DNA of 64,000 nt from Lachnospiraceae bacterium (lineage in GTDB: Bacteria > Bacillota > Clostridia > Lachnospirales > Lachnospiraceae). The position numbers and the translations under genes are program-made. Positions within the stretch are counted from its first letter, which is position 1. Every line of letters begins with the position of its first letter. Location of the stretch: positions 22,219 through 86,218 of the forward strand of contig JAAWIS010000001.1 in assembly GCA_022796475.1 (NCBI GenBank), in the 5' to 3' direction. Of the stretch, positions 1-9,840 are shown in pieces. The notes beneath the pieces are model-generated. The model made no database searches. It saw only the letters and a list, made by a program, of their open reading frames with translations, and was not told the DNA's origin.

Positions 1-293
1 TGATAAATACATCTTATATCCGGTTTTAACCCTTCTTCTTTGGAAAGAATATCCAATACCTTTGCCAGCGGAATTCCTGCCTGCAGCAAAGTTCCTAATT
101 CTCTGGAAAATTCTGAAAGTTCACGAAGTTTCAAGGAACGGTTTCTTCTCCGCTTTTGCTCCGGCCTGGCATGAATTAAATAACACCCTTCTGTAAGCAG
201 GCTGGCATGGAGATTCCTCTCATCAGCAGCCTGCATCCGGCCCTTTACCTTTTTTCCATTTTCATTAACTGCCTGATAGCGATACCAGGGCAT
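1..293 (-). CDS. Type II secretion / type IV pilus platform protein (GspF/PilC family), N-terminal part. The gene runs off the left edge of the window.
   Basis: Not in the ORF track because the window edge truncates it. Reading the reverse strand from the ATG at 293 gives MPWYRYQAVNENGKKVKGRMQAADERNLHASLLTEGCYLIHARPEQKRRRNRSLKLRELSEFSRELGTLLQAGIPLAKVLDIL. This is the usual GspF/PilC N-terminus followed by the conserved L..F.R.L..LL.AGIPL helix. A purine-rich GGGGGGAGAGG stretch lies upstream. Confidence 0.7.
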   Translation of the reverse strand, partial: MPWYRYQAVNENGKKVKGRMQAADERNLHASLLTEGCYLIHARPEQKRRRNRSLKLRELSEFSRELGTLLQAGIPLAKVLDILSKEEGLKPDIRCIY

Positions 294-311
294 CCTCTCC
301 CCCCTTTTCAC

Positions 312-1028
312 CTAATGTACTGTCTGCCTCATAATCCCTAAATACCATTGAATCAGCCGCTGTCCCCAAAAAAGAGAAACCGCCATTCCCGCGCACAGAA
401 ACGGGCCGAAGGCAAATACATCCTTTTTTGACGCCCTTTTCCTAATCAGCAGCCATGCTCCCCATCCACCGCCTCCAAGCACTGCTAAAAACAGCGCCAA
501 AAGATTCCGTTTCCATCCAAGGAACATACCGCAGGCTGCCATTAGTTTTATATCCCCGCCTCCAAAGGCTCCTGGAATTGCCAGGGCAGTCAGCAGCATG
601 GGAATACTGACTGAAAAGAACCCAATTACCCGTGAAGCGGCAGAAAGCTCTAACAGGCCATCCGGTTTAAAAAGCAAAGAAGCAGCAGAAAGAATTAACA
701 CCGCAGCAGGAAGACAGTCCGGTATTTCCATCGTTTCCTGATCTACTGCTGCCGTTATGATCAGCACACCTAAAAAAAGAAATGTCAAAATTCCCTCTCT
801 CACTGTTTCTCCTGCATAGTGGCTGCACAAAAGAGCGGCTATCCCGCCAGTTAACCCTATTATCACATATCGCACAGGCTGCCTGCGGCATTTTCCTTCT
901 TCACCTTCTTCAAAATCCCTTCTGCATTGTTCCACAAGACCGTCAACTGCAAAATTCAGCAAAGAAAAAAAGCAGATGCCAAACAGCAAAATGAACAGAT
1001 AAAACCTTCCTGTTATCCCTTCCTTCAC
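312..1028 (-). CDS. Prepilin peptidase (A24 family aspartic peptidase)
   Basis: Polytopic membrane protein of 238 aa with the GGGDIKLMAACGMFLGW motif typical of PilD/ComC-type prepilin peptidases. It sits between a pilin gene and a PilC-like gene. Confidence 0.85.
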   Translation of the reverse strand: MKEGITGRFYLFILLFGICFFSLLNFAVDGLVEQCRRDFEEGEEGKCRRQPVRYVIIGLTGGIAALLCSHYAGETVREGILTFLFLGVLIITAAVDQETMEIPDCLPAAVLILSAASLLFKPDGLLELSAASRVIGFFSVSIPMLLTALAIPGAFGGGDIKLMAACGMFLGWKRNLLALFLAVLGGGGWGAWLLIRKRASKKDVFAFGPFLCAGMAVSLFWGQRLIQWYLGIMRQTVH

Positions 1029-1119
1029 TGCCTCTCACCTGCCTTACCTTTTGCATCACTTTTACAAATCCGAAATAAAAGGATTTTCAAAAGTGTCTTT
1101 TAACCGCCTGAGGATCTTA

Positions 1120-1605
1120 TCACTGTTTTTCCACGCTCCATCCGGCTGCTTCTGTTGAACTTCTGCCTTCTATCCCTATCTCATTTTCATGGTAAAACGC
1201 TTTATAATTTCCCTGGACATATACAAAGTCAATGATTTCTCCGCTGTCTGTATTAATCATTCCTGACTCAATTTCTCCCTCCAGCTTTGCAAGCTCTTCT
1301 GCCCGCAAAATCTGATCCTCTGTCAGTTCATCCTCCAGCACTTCTCCCATAGCATAATCTTCCATAATGACAGTTTGGGCGGCGATATATGCGCTTCTGG
1401 CCTGAAGGATAATTTGCTTTTCCCGTGCCTTATCAATCCACCCCAACATAGAAGGAATCATAATCGCTGCTAAGATTGCAAGAATTACCAAAACTACAAT
1501 CAGCTCTATTAACGTAAAACCGCTTTTCTTATTTTCCTTCAGATTTTGGTAATTCCTATATAACCTCATCTGCATCTCCTTCATCCTGCCTTTATCCGAT
1601 TCCAC
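1120..1605 (-). CDS. Prepilin-type N-terminal cleavage/methylation domain protein (type IV pilin/pseudopilin)
   Basis: Contains KKSG/FTLIELIVVLVILAILAAIMIP, the class III signal (G-1, F+1, E+5) followed by a hydrophobic helix. The leader before the G/F cleavage site is unusually long. The true start may be one of the internal Met codons (MKEMQM...). Confidence 0.8.
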   Translation of the reverse strand: MESDKGRMKEMQMRLYRNYQNLKENKKSGFTLIELIVVLVILAILAAIMIPSMLGWIDKAREKQIILQARSAYIAAQTVIMEDYAMGEVLEDELTEDQILRAEELAKLEGEIESGMINTDSGEIIDFVYVQGNYKAFYHENEIGIEGRSSTEAAGWSVEKQ

Positions 1606-1714
1606 CTTTCCTGATTCTATAGAATTGTAAAAAGTCTATCACTTTTTTCCTAAATTCGTCAATTTCTACAAAATGACTATGAAATTGAAGTAAAGCTTCG
1701 CCATAAAAAATCAG

Positions 1715-1894
1715 TTATCTGCCAATAAACTGATTCTTCTCTTCGCTGTAATAATATTGTATCCCTGCCAGCTTATCAGATAATGCTTCCGAATCCAAGT
1801 CCAGAGAACTGCAAAGCTCTGAAAAACTTGGATAATGATCTCTTAACTGGGTATTGATATAACTTAACAGCATAAATGGATCCTTTGGAACCAT
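1715..1894 (-). CDS. Small DUF4250-like protein (59 aa)
   Basis: Below the ORF-track size cutoff. The reverse strand reads ATG(1894)...TAA(1715) = MVPKDPFMLLSYINTQLRDHYPSFSELCSSLDLDSEALSDKLAGIQYYYSEEKNQFIGR. A GGAGGGATAAGG RBS lies upstream. The sequence pattern matches the short DUF4250 family common in Firmicutes. Confidence 0.6.
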   Translation of the reverse strand: MVPKDPFMLLSYINTQLRDHYPSFSELCSSLDLDSEALSDKLAGIQYYYSEEKNQFIGR

Positions 1895-1962
1895 CCTTAT
1901 CCCTCCTGTATGTATTAGAGTGCTCTTACATGGCCAGTGACACTGGCTAATATTTTATCATC

Positions 1963-1991
1963 ATTATAAGCGTTTTACAAAAAAACTGCAA
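1963..1991 (-). promoter_or_regulatory. Sigma-A-type promoter for the DUF4250 gene
   Basis: Minus-strand TTGCAG (1991-1986), a 17-nt spacer, then TATAAT (1968-1963). The perfect palindrome GCCAGTG-A-CACTGGC (1933-1947) lies in the short leader. Confidence 0.45.
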
Positions 1992-2048
1992 TGAATTTGG
2001 AAGAAAACAGGAAGATCTTGCCATGGAAGAGGATTTTAAATCACAATT

Positions 2049-2075
2049 TTAGGCCCCCTAAAACAGGAGGCCTAA
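2049..2075 (-). terminator. Hairpin downstream of clpB (putative terminator)
   Basis: Minus-strand TTAGGCCTCC-TGTTTTA-GGGGGCCTAA forms a 10-bp stem with one mismatch, about 30 nt after the clpB stop. The following U-tract is weak (AAUUGUGAUUU). Confidence 0.5.
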
Positions 2076-2105
2076 GTTTCTGCTCTGTCTGCTTATGATA
2101 ACAGC

Positions 2106-4694
2106 CTATTCTACATAGGCAGTTAATGATGTTTGTGAAGGTGAGTCAATTACTATGGTATTTCCGGTCCGCACCTGATCCCCCAGAATCATACGGGCTG
2201 CCAAAGTTTCCACATGCTTCTGCAAATAGCGCTTTAACGGACGGGCGCCATAAACCGGATCATAGCCATGATCGGATACGTACTTCTTTGCGGAATCCGT
2301 CAGTCTAAGCCGCAGTTCCCGTTCTGCCAAACGGCGGTTTACATCCGCCAGCAGCAAATCTACAATCCCTCCGATATTCTCTCTCGTTAATGGTTTAAAA
2401 AGGATTGTTTCATCCAAACGGTTTAAAAATTCCGGACGGAAGTGAACACGGAGATCATTTATCACCAATTCTTCTGCTTCTGGCCGGATATTGCCGGCTT
2501 CATCAATTCCTTCTAATAAATACTGGGATCCGATATTCGATGTCATGATTAAAATCGTATTTTTAAAATCTACTGTGCGGCCTTGGGAATCCGTAATCCG
2601 TCCGTCGTCCAGCACCTGCAGCAGTACATTAAATACATCTGGATGAGCCTTTTCCACCTCATCAAATAGCACTACAGAATAGGGCTTGCGGCGTACCGCT
2701 TCTGTTAGCTGGCCTCCCTCATCATATCCTACATATCCTGGAGGCGCTCCAATCAGCCGGGATACCGAATGCTTTTCCATATACTCACTCATATCAATAC
2801 GGATCATGTTGCCCTCATCGTCAAAAAGCGCTTCTGCAAGAGCCTTTGCAAGCTCCGTCTTTCCTACGCCGGTAGGCCCTAAGAACAGGAAGGATCCGAT
2901 TGGCTTTGTAGGATCTTTAATTCCAGCCTTGGAACGGATAATCGCTTCCGTTACTTTCTCTACCCCCTCATCCTGGCCCACTACTCTTCGATGCAGCACT
3001 TGGTCTAAATGAAGCGTTTTGCTCCTCTCGCTTTCCGTAAGCTTCGCCACAGGGATTCCTGTCCATTTGGAAATAATACGGGCGATTTCTTCCTCTGTCA
3101 CACTTTCCCGCACCAGGCTTAAATCTTCACCTCGTACCTTCTCTTCTTCCTCCTTAAGTTCCTTCTGAAGCTGAGGCAGGCGGCCATACTGAAGCTCCGC
3201 TGCACGGTTTAAGTCATAATTTTGCTGAGCTGCCTGGATTTCACGGTTTACAGACTCAATCTCTTCCCTTAATCCGGAAAGCCGGTCAACCGATGCTTTT
3301 TCATTCTCCCACTGTGCCTTTTTTGCTGTAAATGCATCATGAAGTTCTCCAAGCTCTCTCTGAAGATCCCAAAGCCGCTCCTGGCTTAAATGATCCGTTT
3401 CTTTCTTCAGAGCTGCTTCTTCAATCTCAAGCTGCATTACTTTTCTGGATAATTCATCTAGTTCTGTAGGCATGGAATCAAGCTCTGTTTTTATGAAAGC
3501 ACATGCCTCATCCACCAGATCGATGGCTTTATCCGGCAGAAACCGGTCGGAGATATACCGGTCAGAAAGCATTGCCGCTGAAACCAGCGCTGAATCTGTA
3601 ATTTTTACGCCATGAAATACCTCATACCGCTCTTTCAGCCCACGGAGAATGGAAATGGTATCTTCCACTGTAGGTTCGTTTACGAAAACTGGCTGGAACC
3701 GGCGTTCCAGAGCCGCATCTTTTTCAATGTATTTCCGGTATTCATCCAGCGTGGTGGCTCCTACGCAGTGAAGCTCTCCTCTGGCCAGCATTGGCTTTAA
3801 CATATTCCCAGCATCCATAGAACCTTCCGTTTTTCCGGCGCCTACAATCGTGTGCAGCTCGTCAATAAACAGGATAATCTGGCCCTCGCTTTTTTTGACT
3901 TCCTCTAAAACAGCCTTTAAACGTTCCTCAAACTCACCTCTGTATTTTGCTCCTGCTACCAGCGCCCCCATATCCAGGGCAAACAGCTTTTTATCTTTCA
4001 GCCCCTCCGGTACATCCCCCCGGACAATCCGCTGAGCCAGACCTTCAACTACAGCCGTTTTTCCTACGCCAGGCTCGCCGATTAATACTGGATTATTTTT
4101 CGTTTTTCTGGAAAGAATACGCACTACATTCCGGATCTCTCCGTCACGTCCGATTACCGGATCTAACTTTTGATTTCTGGCCCGTTCCACTAAATCATAA
4201 CCGTATTTTTCCAGAGTATCATACGTTGCCTCCGGGTTATCGCTGACCACTCTTTGATTTCCCCGAACAGTAGATAATGCCTTAAGAAATGCTTCCCTGG
4301 TAATTCCATACTGCTTCAGCAATTCCTTCAGGCTCCGATCCGGCTGCTTTAACACAGAGAGAAATAAATGCTCAACTGATACGTATTCATCTCCCATTGA
4401 TTTTGCTTCATCCTCAGCGTGGATCAGGACTTTATTTAAATCACTGCCAACATAAAGCTGGCCTCCGCCGCTGACCTTCGGCAGTTTTTCTAAGCTCTGC
4501 CGGACCTCCTCTGTAAACTGGCTGCCATTGATATTCATCTTGGTGATCAGCTTTAAAATCAGGCTGTCGTCTATAGTCAGCAGGCTGTAAAGCAGATGCT
4601 CCTGTTCTAACTGCTGGTTGCCGTACTCGTAAGCCAGTTTTTCACAGGACTGCACCGCTTCCATCGATTTTTGGGTAAATTTATTAATGTTCAT
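2106..4694 (-). CDS. clpB: ATP-dependent chaperone ClpB
   Basis: The ORF has a Clp N domain, two AAA+ modules (GEPGVGKT and GPTGVGKT Walker A motifs), a long coiled-coil middle domain and a C-terminal D2-small domain. The start is set at [10 protein letters not shown] (ATG 4694), preceded by a TAAGGAGG RBS. The 12 extra codons in the track look like an over-extension. Confidence 0.95.
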   Translation of the reverse strand: MNINKFTQKSMEAVQSCEKLAYEYGNQQLEQEHLLYSLLTIDDSLILKLITKMNINGSQFTEEVRQSLEKLPKVSGGGQLYVGSDLNKVLIHAEDEAKSMGDEYVSVEHLFLSVLKQPDRSLKELLKQYGITREAFLKALSTVRGNQRVVSDNPEATYDTLEKYGYDLVERARNQKLDPVIGRDGEIRNVVRILSRKTKNNPVLIGEPGVGKTAVVEGLAQRIVRGDVPEGLKDKKLFALDMGALVAGAKYRGEFEERLKAVLEEVKKSEGQIILFIDELHTIVGAGKTEGSMDAGNMLKPMLARGELHCVGATTLDEYRKYIEKDAALERRFQPVFVNEPTVEDTISILRGLKERYEVFHGVKITDSALVSAAMLSDRYISDRFLPDKAIDLVDEACAFIKTELDSMPTELDELSRKVMQLEIEEAALKKETDHLSQERLWDLQRELGELHDAFTAKKAQWENEKASVDRLSGLREEIESVNREIQAAQQNYDLNRAAELQYGRLPQLQKELKEEEEKVRGEDLSLVRESVTEEEIARIISKWTGIPVAKLTESERSKTLHLDQVLHRRVVGQDEGVEKVTEAIIRSKAGIKDPTKPIGSFLFLGPTGVGKTELAKALAEALFDDEGNMIRIDMSEYMEKHSVSRLIGAPPGYVGYDEGGQLTEAVRRKPYSVVLFDEVEKAHPDVFNVLLQVLDDGRITDSQGRTVDFKNTILIMTSNIGSQYLLEGIDEAGNIRPEAEELVINDLRVHFRPEFLNRLDETILFKPLTRENIGGIVDLLLADVNRRLAERELRLRLTDSAKKYVSDHGYDPVYGARPLKRYLQKHVETLAARMILGDQVRTGNTIVIDSPSQTSLTAYVE

Positions 4695-4746
4695 TGCATA
4701 CGCCTCCTTATAGGTTGCAGCTAAAATCATTTTCTGTTATACCCGT

Positions 4747-4775
4747 AATATAACACATATTATTAGCACTGTCAA
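4747..4775 (-). promoter_or_regulatory. clpB sigma-A-type promoter
   Basis: Minus-strand TTGACA (4775-4770), a 17-nt spacer, then TATATT (4752-4747). The -35 hexamer lies inside the CIRCE element. Confidence 0.6.
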
Positions 4776-4789
4776 GAGTTGAGTGCTAA
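4763..4789. promoter_or_regulatory. CIRCE operator (HrcA binding site)
   Basis: TTAGCACTG-TCAAGAGTT-GAGTGCTAA matches the CIRCE consensus TTAGCACTC-N9-GAGTGCTAA at 17 of 18 positions. It lies about 70 nt upstream of the clpB start. Confidence 0.8.
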
Positions 4790-4841
4790 AAATTTGTGAT
4801 ATCCCTCCTCCACTGCTTCTCTGTTTACTTCGCTGACGGAA

Positions 4842-5969
4842 TCAATCATGTTCTCCTTCTGGAAAATACTCTGGAACTGTTTTATTCCTTTCATCCCCAT
4901 TTGTTTCCCGGATCATTACGCAGACGATTGCCACAGCAAGCAGCCCGCTTACCAATTTAGAAACCAGCACAGTTCCCAGCATGGAGGGAACAGCCTGGGA
5001 GGTAAATCCAAGATGGGAGGCAAACACGCCAATCAGGCTGACGGAAGCAGCAATGACAGCTACTTTTCCCTTAGGGCACATGTTCTTTAAAGAGCTGAAC
5101 ACCGGAAGCACACTGACGCAGCAAAAAATCAGTCCGGCTACCGAAACCCCATCCAGACCAAGCTTTTTTCCTGCTGCCCGAAAGGGCCTGTCCAAAAGCC
5201 GGACAATCAGTTCCATTAGCGGCAGGCTACCCATCAGCATAATTGCAATCCCGCTGGCAGTTCTCATCCCATCCATAATGGGAGGCATCCCAGGGATCAC
5301 CACTAATCCAGTCATATACTCGACTGCTGCCCCGGTAAGTCCCAATACGGTTACAATCTTTATGAATTTTCCGAATAAAAGAAACAGCCGGATTGCCTGG
5401 GCCTGGGCAAACCGGATGCCAAAAATCATAAATGCTCCAATCAAAATACAGGGGATCAGATTAATCAGAACCGTTCCTGCCTGCAGCCCCATAAGCAGCC
5501 CTCCTGCAAATGCTCCGATTGGAATGGGGATCAGGCCAATTAAAAGCCCCTTTGCAAAATACTCCCGATCGCCATCCTCAATGATCCCTAAACCTACCGG
5601 AATAATGAAAACAATAGCAGCTCCCAGCATGGACGATACTACCAACCCGGAAAACAGTCCCAGCCTGGGATCCAGAGCCAATGCGGCAGATAAAGGATAG
5701 CCGCCCATATCAATCGACAAAATACTTCCAAACATAGCCGGATCCGCTCCTATGGCTTGAAAAAGCGGTGCTACCACAGGTCCTGCCCAGTTTGCAAAGG
5801 GCGGCGCAATGCAAAGGATCCCTACCATGCCAAATGCTGTGGTTCCAAGACATTTAAATCCTTCTTCAAACTTCGCGCCAAAACCAAAATGATTTCCGAA
5901 TATGTAGTCAAGCCCGCCAATCACCGCTCCAAATGCCATAGCAAACATAACAATACGGTTGATATCCAT
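4842..5969 (-). CDS. eutH: EutH-family (ethanolamine utilisation) membrane permease, orphan
   Basis: Polytopic protein. The stretch ...FEEGFKCLGTTAFGMVGILCIAPPFANWAGPVVAPLFQAIGADPAMFGSILSIDMGGYPLS matches conserved EutH blocks. The start is set at MDINRIV (5969), which removes the overlap with the upstream gene. No other eut genes are in the window. Confidence 0.75.
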   Translation of the reverse strand: MDINRIVMFAMAFGAVIGGLDYIFGNHFGFGAKFEEGFKCLGTTAFGMVGILCIAPPFANWAGPVVAPLFQAIGADPAMFGSILSIDMGGYPLSAALALDPRLGLFSGLVVSSMLGAAIVFIIPVGLGIIEDGDREYFAKGLLIGLIPIPIGAFAGGLLMGLQAGTVLINLIPCILIGAFMIFGIRFAQAQAIRLFLLFGKFIKIVTVLGLTGAAVEYMTGLVVIPGMPPIMDGMRTASGIAIMLMGSLPLMELIVRLLDRPFRAAGKKLGLDGVSVAGLIFCCVSVLPVFSSLKNMCPKGKVAVIAASVSLIGVFASHLGFTSQAVPSMLGTVLVSKLVSGLLAVAIVCVMIRETNGDERNKTVPEYFPEGEHD

Positions 5970-5970
5970 T

Positions 5971-6498
5971 TTATCTGTTCTCCACTTCTTCCAGTACATT
6001 TTTTAAAAAAGCTAAAAAATCTTCTTCTGCTGCTTTTAGAGGTTTTGAATTATCATAAATCTGATCATACGGATACTGATCCACCTGATCATCAGATGTG
6101 TTTCCCCAATTTCTAAGCTGGCGGCAGGAGCTTTGCACCAAAAGAGTGATAACAGGGCCGGAAACTTGCTGTTTCAACTTGTCAATTTCCCTTCCCTCCC
6201 GAATATGGGCAAACATAATCTGCTCATTGCCTGCCAAAAACTCCTGATACTGCCTTAAAAGATAAGAAGTGGGAAGATCATTATACTGAGTAAACGCATC
6301 CTTTAAATCTGCCAAAAACTTTCTGGCCTTAGGAGTTTTTTCCCCTTTCCAGCCGTTAGCCGCTGCTATTTCCTTAATCGGTGTAATAGAAGATACGTTT
6401 CTTACCCGGTAATTCCTTGCTGCAAACTCACATAACGTATCTTTTCCCACACCGCCTCTTCCATTTATAATAATCAGTACTTTTCCTGAATGTTCCAT
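5971..6498 (-). CDS. P-loop NTPase, dNMP-kinase-like
   Basis: Walker A motif GRGGVGKDT near the N-terminus, and size of 175 aa. The C-terminal GNTSDDQVDQYPYDQIYDN resembles phage-type deoxynucleotide monophosphate kinases. The function is not established. Confidence 0.45.
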   Translation of the reverse strand: MEHSGKVLIIINGRGGVGKDTLCEFAARNYRVRNVSSITPIKEIAAANGWKGEKTPKARKFLADLKDAFTQYNDLPTSYLLRQYQEFLAGNEQIMFAHIREGREIDKLKQQVSGPVITLLVQSSCRQLRNWGNTSDDQVDQYPYDQIYDNSKPLKAAEEDFLAFLKNVLEEVENR

Positions 6499-6510
6499 AA
6501 TTCCTCCAGT

Positions 6511-7341
6511 TTATCCTTCATTTTTCATTTGTCTTCCCTGCTCATCCAAGTGATACTGTTCTTTATAAATCATCTGGGACAGCGGAACCAGCTCAAACCC
6601 GGCCCTTTTTAACCTGTCTATAATATCGGTAAGGCTCTGGGCAGTATATTTCGAACCGCAGCGGAAACGGATAATACTTCCTCCCTTCAGATTTTCGTTT
6701 TCCAATACTTGTCTGCAGATCGTAAACGCCCCATAATCTTTCCAATCCTGAGAATCTACATCCCATCCGATAGGGTAACAGCCCATGGCACATACAGCCG
6801 TAATAAGGGAATCATCATATTCTCCCTGAGCAGGACGAAACAAATTAGTATCCCGTCCAGTTAGCTGCTCTAAGCAGTCCTTAGCCTGACGGATCTCCTC
6901 CTGACGCATTTGGGCTGTAAGGCTGCTCACAGAAATCCCCGTTTGCCCCATACTGCCAATATCATGGCCAAGTTCGCTTAATTTCCGGATATACTCAGGA
7001 TTCTCCATTGCCCATTCCCCGCTGACAAAAAAAGATGCCTTCACCTGGTTTTCTTCCAGTATAGCCGGCACCTGAATCAATCCATCCAGCTCTTTTAAAT
7101 CTCCTGAAATATCAAACGTTAACGCTGCCTGCTTTCGCTCCTGATTGACACTGCATATGGGGCGGAATCCTTCTGCTGTTTTATGGATTCGCCCCTCCGC
7201 CAAAGCTTTCATTTTCCCGCTTCCTGTCTGGATAGCCTGTCTTCCTGCTGAAAAAAGAGATAAAAAACCTAGCGTCCCAAGGAGAATCAGCATCCAAAAC
7301 ACGCCGTTTTCTGCTGCATGTGAAAATTTTAACTGTTTCAT
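6511..7341 (-). CDS. Polysaccharide deacetylase (NodB homology domain), membrane-anchored
   Basis: N-terminal TM helix followed by NodB-type blocks (LTFDISGD, FFVSGEWAMENPEYIRKLSELGHDIG, FRPAQGEYD, DVDSQDWKD). Confidence 0.85.
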   Translation of the reverse strand: MKQLKFSHAAENGVFWMLILLGTLGFLSLFSAGRQAIQTGSGKMKALAEGRIHKTAEGFRPICSVNQERKQAALTFDISGDLKELDGLIQVPAILEENQVKASFFVSGEWAMENPEYIRKLSELGHDIGSMGQTGISVSSLTAQMRQEEIRQAKDCLEQLTGRDTNLFRPAQGEYDDSLITAVCAMGCYPIGWDVDSQDWKDYGAFTICRQVLENENLKGGSIIRFRCGSKYTAQSLTDIIDRLKRAGFELVPLSQMIYKEQYHLDEQGRQMKNEG

Positions 7342-7438
7342 TCCAGTTTCTCCGTTCTTGATTTCTTTCTATATCTTATGAAACCGATCCTTCGTACAGA
7401 ACTGACACCAGAATGAATCCTTTTATAACGAATCGCTT

Positions 7439-8371
7439 TTACCTTACCGCAATATACACTCCATAAATCCCATATGCCAAAAGCATTCCAATGCAGGGAA
7501 TCCGGCTGATAACATGACTCTTAAACGAAAATATCCAGATCGCAATGCTGCATACGAGAAGAAGCCCCATGTCATATACAGATATCACAGCCACCTTTAT
7601 AGGATGGATTGCCGATGAAAGGCCTAATACTGACAGAATATTAAAAATATTTGAACCGATTACATTGCCCATGGCCATACCATTTTCGCCCTTTTTAGCA
7701 GCCACTACAGAAGTAACCAATTCCGGAAGGGAGGTTCCCATCGCTACAATAGTAAGGCCAATTAAAGTTTGGCTTAACCCAAATCGTTCGGCAATCCGGC
7801 AGGCATTATCCACAACTAAGTCGCCGCCAATCACGATAGATGCTAACCCTCCTGCAATATACACACTGCTGACTGCCGGGGAGCGGCGGATACCCTGGAT
7901 AGCCTTCTCCAGCTCCGGTTCCCGGTGGCGAAGGGAATTTCGAATAATATATAACAGATATCCAATTAAAATGCCAAAAAGCAGCCCGCCTTCCGGCCGC
8001 CCCAGATGAAGATCAAAACCGCACAGCAAAAGGAGCATGGCAGTAATAAGAATGGAGAAAGGAAAATCCCGTTTTCTGATGGCTTGATCCACCGGAAGGG
8101 GAATCACCGCCCCACATGCGCCGACTACAACTAAAAGATTAAATAAATTAGAGCCAATTACGTTGCTGACTGCAATATCATTATTGCCGGAAATGGCAGC
8201 CGTTACGCTGACTGCCATTTCCGGCATACTGGTTCCCATGGCAACTACAGTCAGACCAATTACTACGGTAGGAATCCGCAAAAGCTTTGCTATGGAAGAG
8301 CTTCCTTCCACAAAGTAATCTGCTCCCTTTATTAATAAAAAAAAGCCGGCTAACAGCAATACGTACATCAT
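7439..8371 (-). CDS. Calcium/sodium antiporter (CaCA / YrbG family)
   Basis: Two internal alpha-repeats, GTSMPEMAVSV...GSNLFNLLVVVG and GTSLPELVTSV...GSNIFNILSVLG, in a 310-aa polytopic protein. Confidence 0.85.
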   Translation of the reverse strand: MMYVLLLAGFFLLIKGADYFVEGSSSIAKLLRIPTVVIGLTVVAMGTSMPEMAVSVTAAISGNNDIAVSNVIGSNLFNLLVVVGACGAVIPLPVDQAIRKRDFPFSILITAMLLLLCGFDLHLGRPEGGLLFGILIGYLLYIIRNSLRHREPELEKAIQGIRRSPAVSSVYIAGGLASIVIGGDLVVDNACRIAERFGLSQTLIGLTIVAMGTSLPELVTSVVAAKKGENGMAMGNVIGSNIFNILSVLGLSSAIHPIKVAVISVYDMGLLLVCSIAIWIFSFKSHVISRIPCIGMLLAYGIYGVYIAVR

Positions 8372-8403
8372 ATTTTATTTCCCCGTCATTCTATATACTT
8401 ACC

Positions 8404-8422
8404 GCATCCAAATTTTGGATGC
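8404..8422. repeat. Perfect 19-nt palindrome between agcS and the antiporter gene
   Basis: GCATCCAAA-T-TTTGGATGC. It could be a hairpin ending the agcS transcript (no U-tract follows) or an operator for the downstream antiporter gene. Confidence 0.4.
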
Positions 8423-8491
8423 AAATATCTGAGTCCCTGCTGTAAGTCAAGTTCTCAATGGATTTCAGTATAGTAGGCAGGGTTTCATTTG

Positions 8492-9838
8492 TCAAGCCAT
8501 ATCCTCTGGAAAGATTACAAAACCTGACAGCAGAAAAAGGGCTGTAATATTCGGAAGGGCCATAAGGCCATTCAGAATATCTGACAGCATCCATACTTTT
8601 CCAAGGGCAGCTATGCAGCCCCATATAACGGCTGATACATAACATAACTGGTAGATTGTTTCTATCTTCTTTTTTCTCTTGTTTCTTTCTCCCATAAGAT
8701 AGCACAAGGCCTGGCTGCCCAGGTAATACCAGGCAATAATCGTAGCAAATGCAAACAAAATCAGTGAAACCGAAACCAGATAAAAGCCCCAGCTTCCAAA
8801 ATAGCGGGAAAAGCACCAGGATGTAAGCGCTGCTCCCGTTAATTCACAATCGCCTGTCAAAACACCTTTTTCCTTTAAGCTGCAAAGAATCACTAAGCCG
8901 GTTAAGGTGCAGACCACAATTGTATCAAAAAACACTTCAAACATGGCCCACATTCCCTGAAGTTTAGGGTTCTGCCCCGGACTGTCTCCGTGAAGGACAG
9001 CCAGGCTTCCAAGCCCTGCTTCGTTGGAAAAAACACCTCTGGCAAGTCCGTATCGGATTGCCAGGCTTATGCCATAGCCAGAAACTCCGCCAGCAGCAGC
9101 CCTAAACCGGAAGGCTTCCCGAAAAATCTCCTGGAAAACGGCTGGCAGGCTTTGGCGGCAAACAAATAACAGAAAAACCGAAAAAAGGATATAGATTCCA
9201 GCCGATATTGGCACCAATTTTTCCGCTGCCTGCCGGATTTGCTGCCTGCCTCCCCGTATCATCACTGCTGTAAGAAGCCCAAGAAAAACAGCCGCCCCTG
9301 GTTTGGGAATCCCAAAAGAATAACTGGCTGTTTCTGCCAGGGAGTTTGCCTGTACCATAGAACCCATTCCCAGGGAACAAAGCAAACATAAAAGTCCATA
9401 AAGAAAAGCAAGGCCGGGCTTTTTTGCCAGATCCCTCAGGTAAACAAATGGGCCGCACATCATGTTTCCTTCTTTATCCTGAAAGCGGCTGATCATGCCA
9501 AGATATACTTCTCCATAAGCTGTCATCATACCGATGGCTGCCGAAATCCACATCCAGAATAAGGCTCCTGGACCGCCTGAAGTAATTGCCGTGGCCACTC
9601 CTACAATATTTCCGGTTCCAACTGTAGCCGCCAGTGCCGTGCAGGCAGTTTTTAACTGTTCCCGCCGCGGCACAGTACTTTGTGCTGATGAAAAAAAGCT
9701 TCCTGCCGTTGCCCTCCACCAGCATATTACTCCTCTGACCTGAAATCCCTTTGATCGAAACGTATAGAATAAACCTGCCGCCAAAAACAGCGCCATAAGC
9801 CATGGCCCCCACACGATTTTATGAATCAGCTCCAGCAT
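8492..9838 (-). CDS. agcS: Alanine/glycine:cation symporter (AgcS family)
   Basis: 448-aa polytopic protein with the AGCS signature region ALAATVGTGNIVGVATAITSGGPGALFWMW. Confidence 0.9.
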   Translation of the reverse strand: MLELIHKIVWGPWLMALFLAAGLFYTFRSKGFQVRGVICWWRATAGSFFSSAQSTVPRREQLKTACTALAATVGTGNIVGVATAITSGGPGALFWMWISAAIGMMTAYGEVYLGMISRFQDKEGNMMCGPFVYLRDLAKKPGLAFLYGLLCLLCSLGMGSMVQANSLAETASYSFGIPKPGAAVFLGLLTAVMIRGGRQQIRQAAEKLVPISAGIYILFSVFLLFVCRQSLPAVFQEIFREAFRFRAAAGGVSGYGISLAIRYGLARGVFSNEAGLGSLAVLHGDSPGQNPKLQGMWAMFEVFFDTIVVCTLTGLVILCSLKEKGVLTGDCELTGAALTSWCFSRYFGSWGFYLVSVSLILFAFATIIAWYYLGSQALCYLMGERNKRKKKIETIYQLCYVSAVIWGCIAALGKVWMLSDILNGLMALPNITALFLLSGFVIFPEDMA

Positions 9839-9840
9839 CC

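Noticed and set aside
4981-5700. 239-aa plus-strand ORF, together with similar long antisense ORFs at 2686-3012, 7545-8009, 34760-35443, 52191-52787 and 62681-63145.
   Set aside because: Each lies entirely antisense to a gene with clear family motifs. They have Pro/Ser/Arg-rich low-complexity translations and no RBS. They are shadow ORFs.
8391-8816. 141-aa minus-strand ORF overlapping the agcS 3' end in another frame. The same applies to 9102-9458, 9474-9812, 25628-26146, 44003-44344 and 50425-50637.
   Set aside because: These are alternative-frame ORFs inside well-supported polytopic membrane protein genes, with no independent support.
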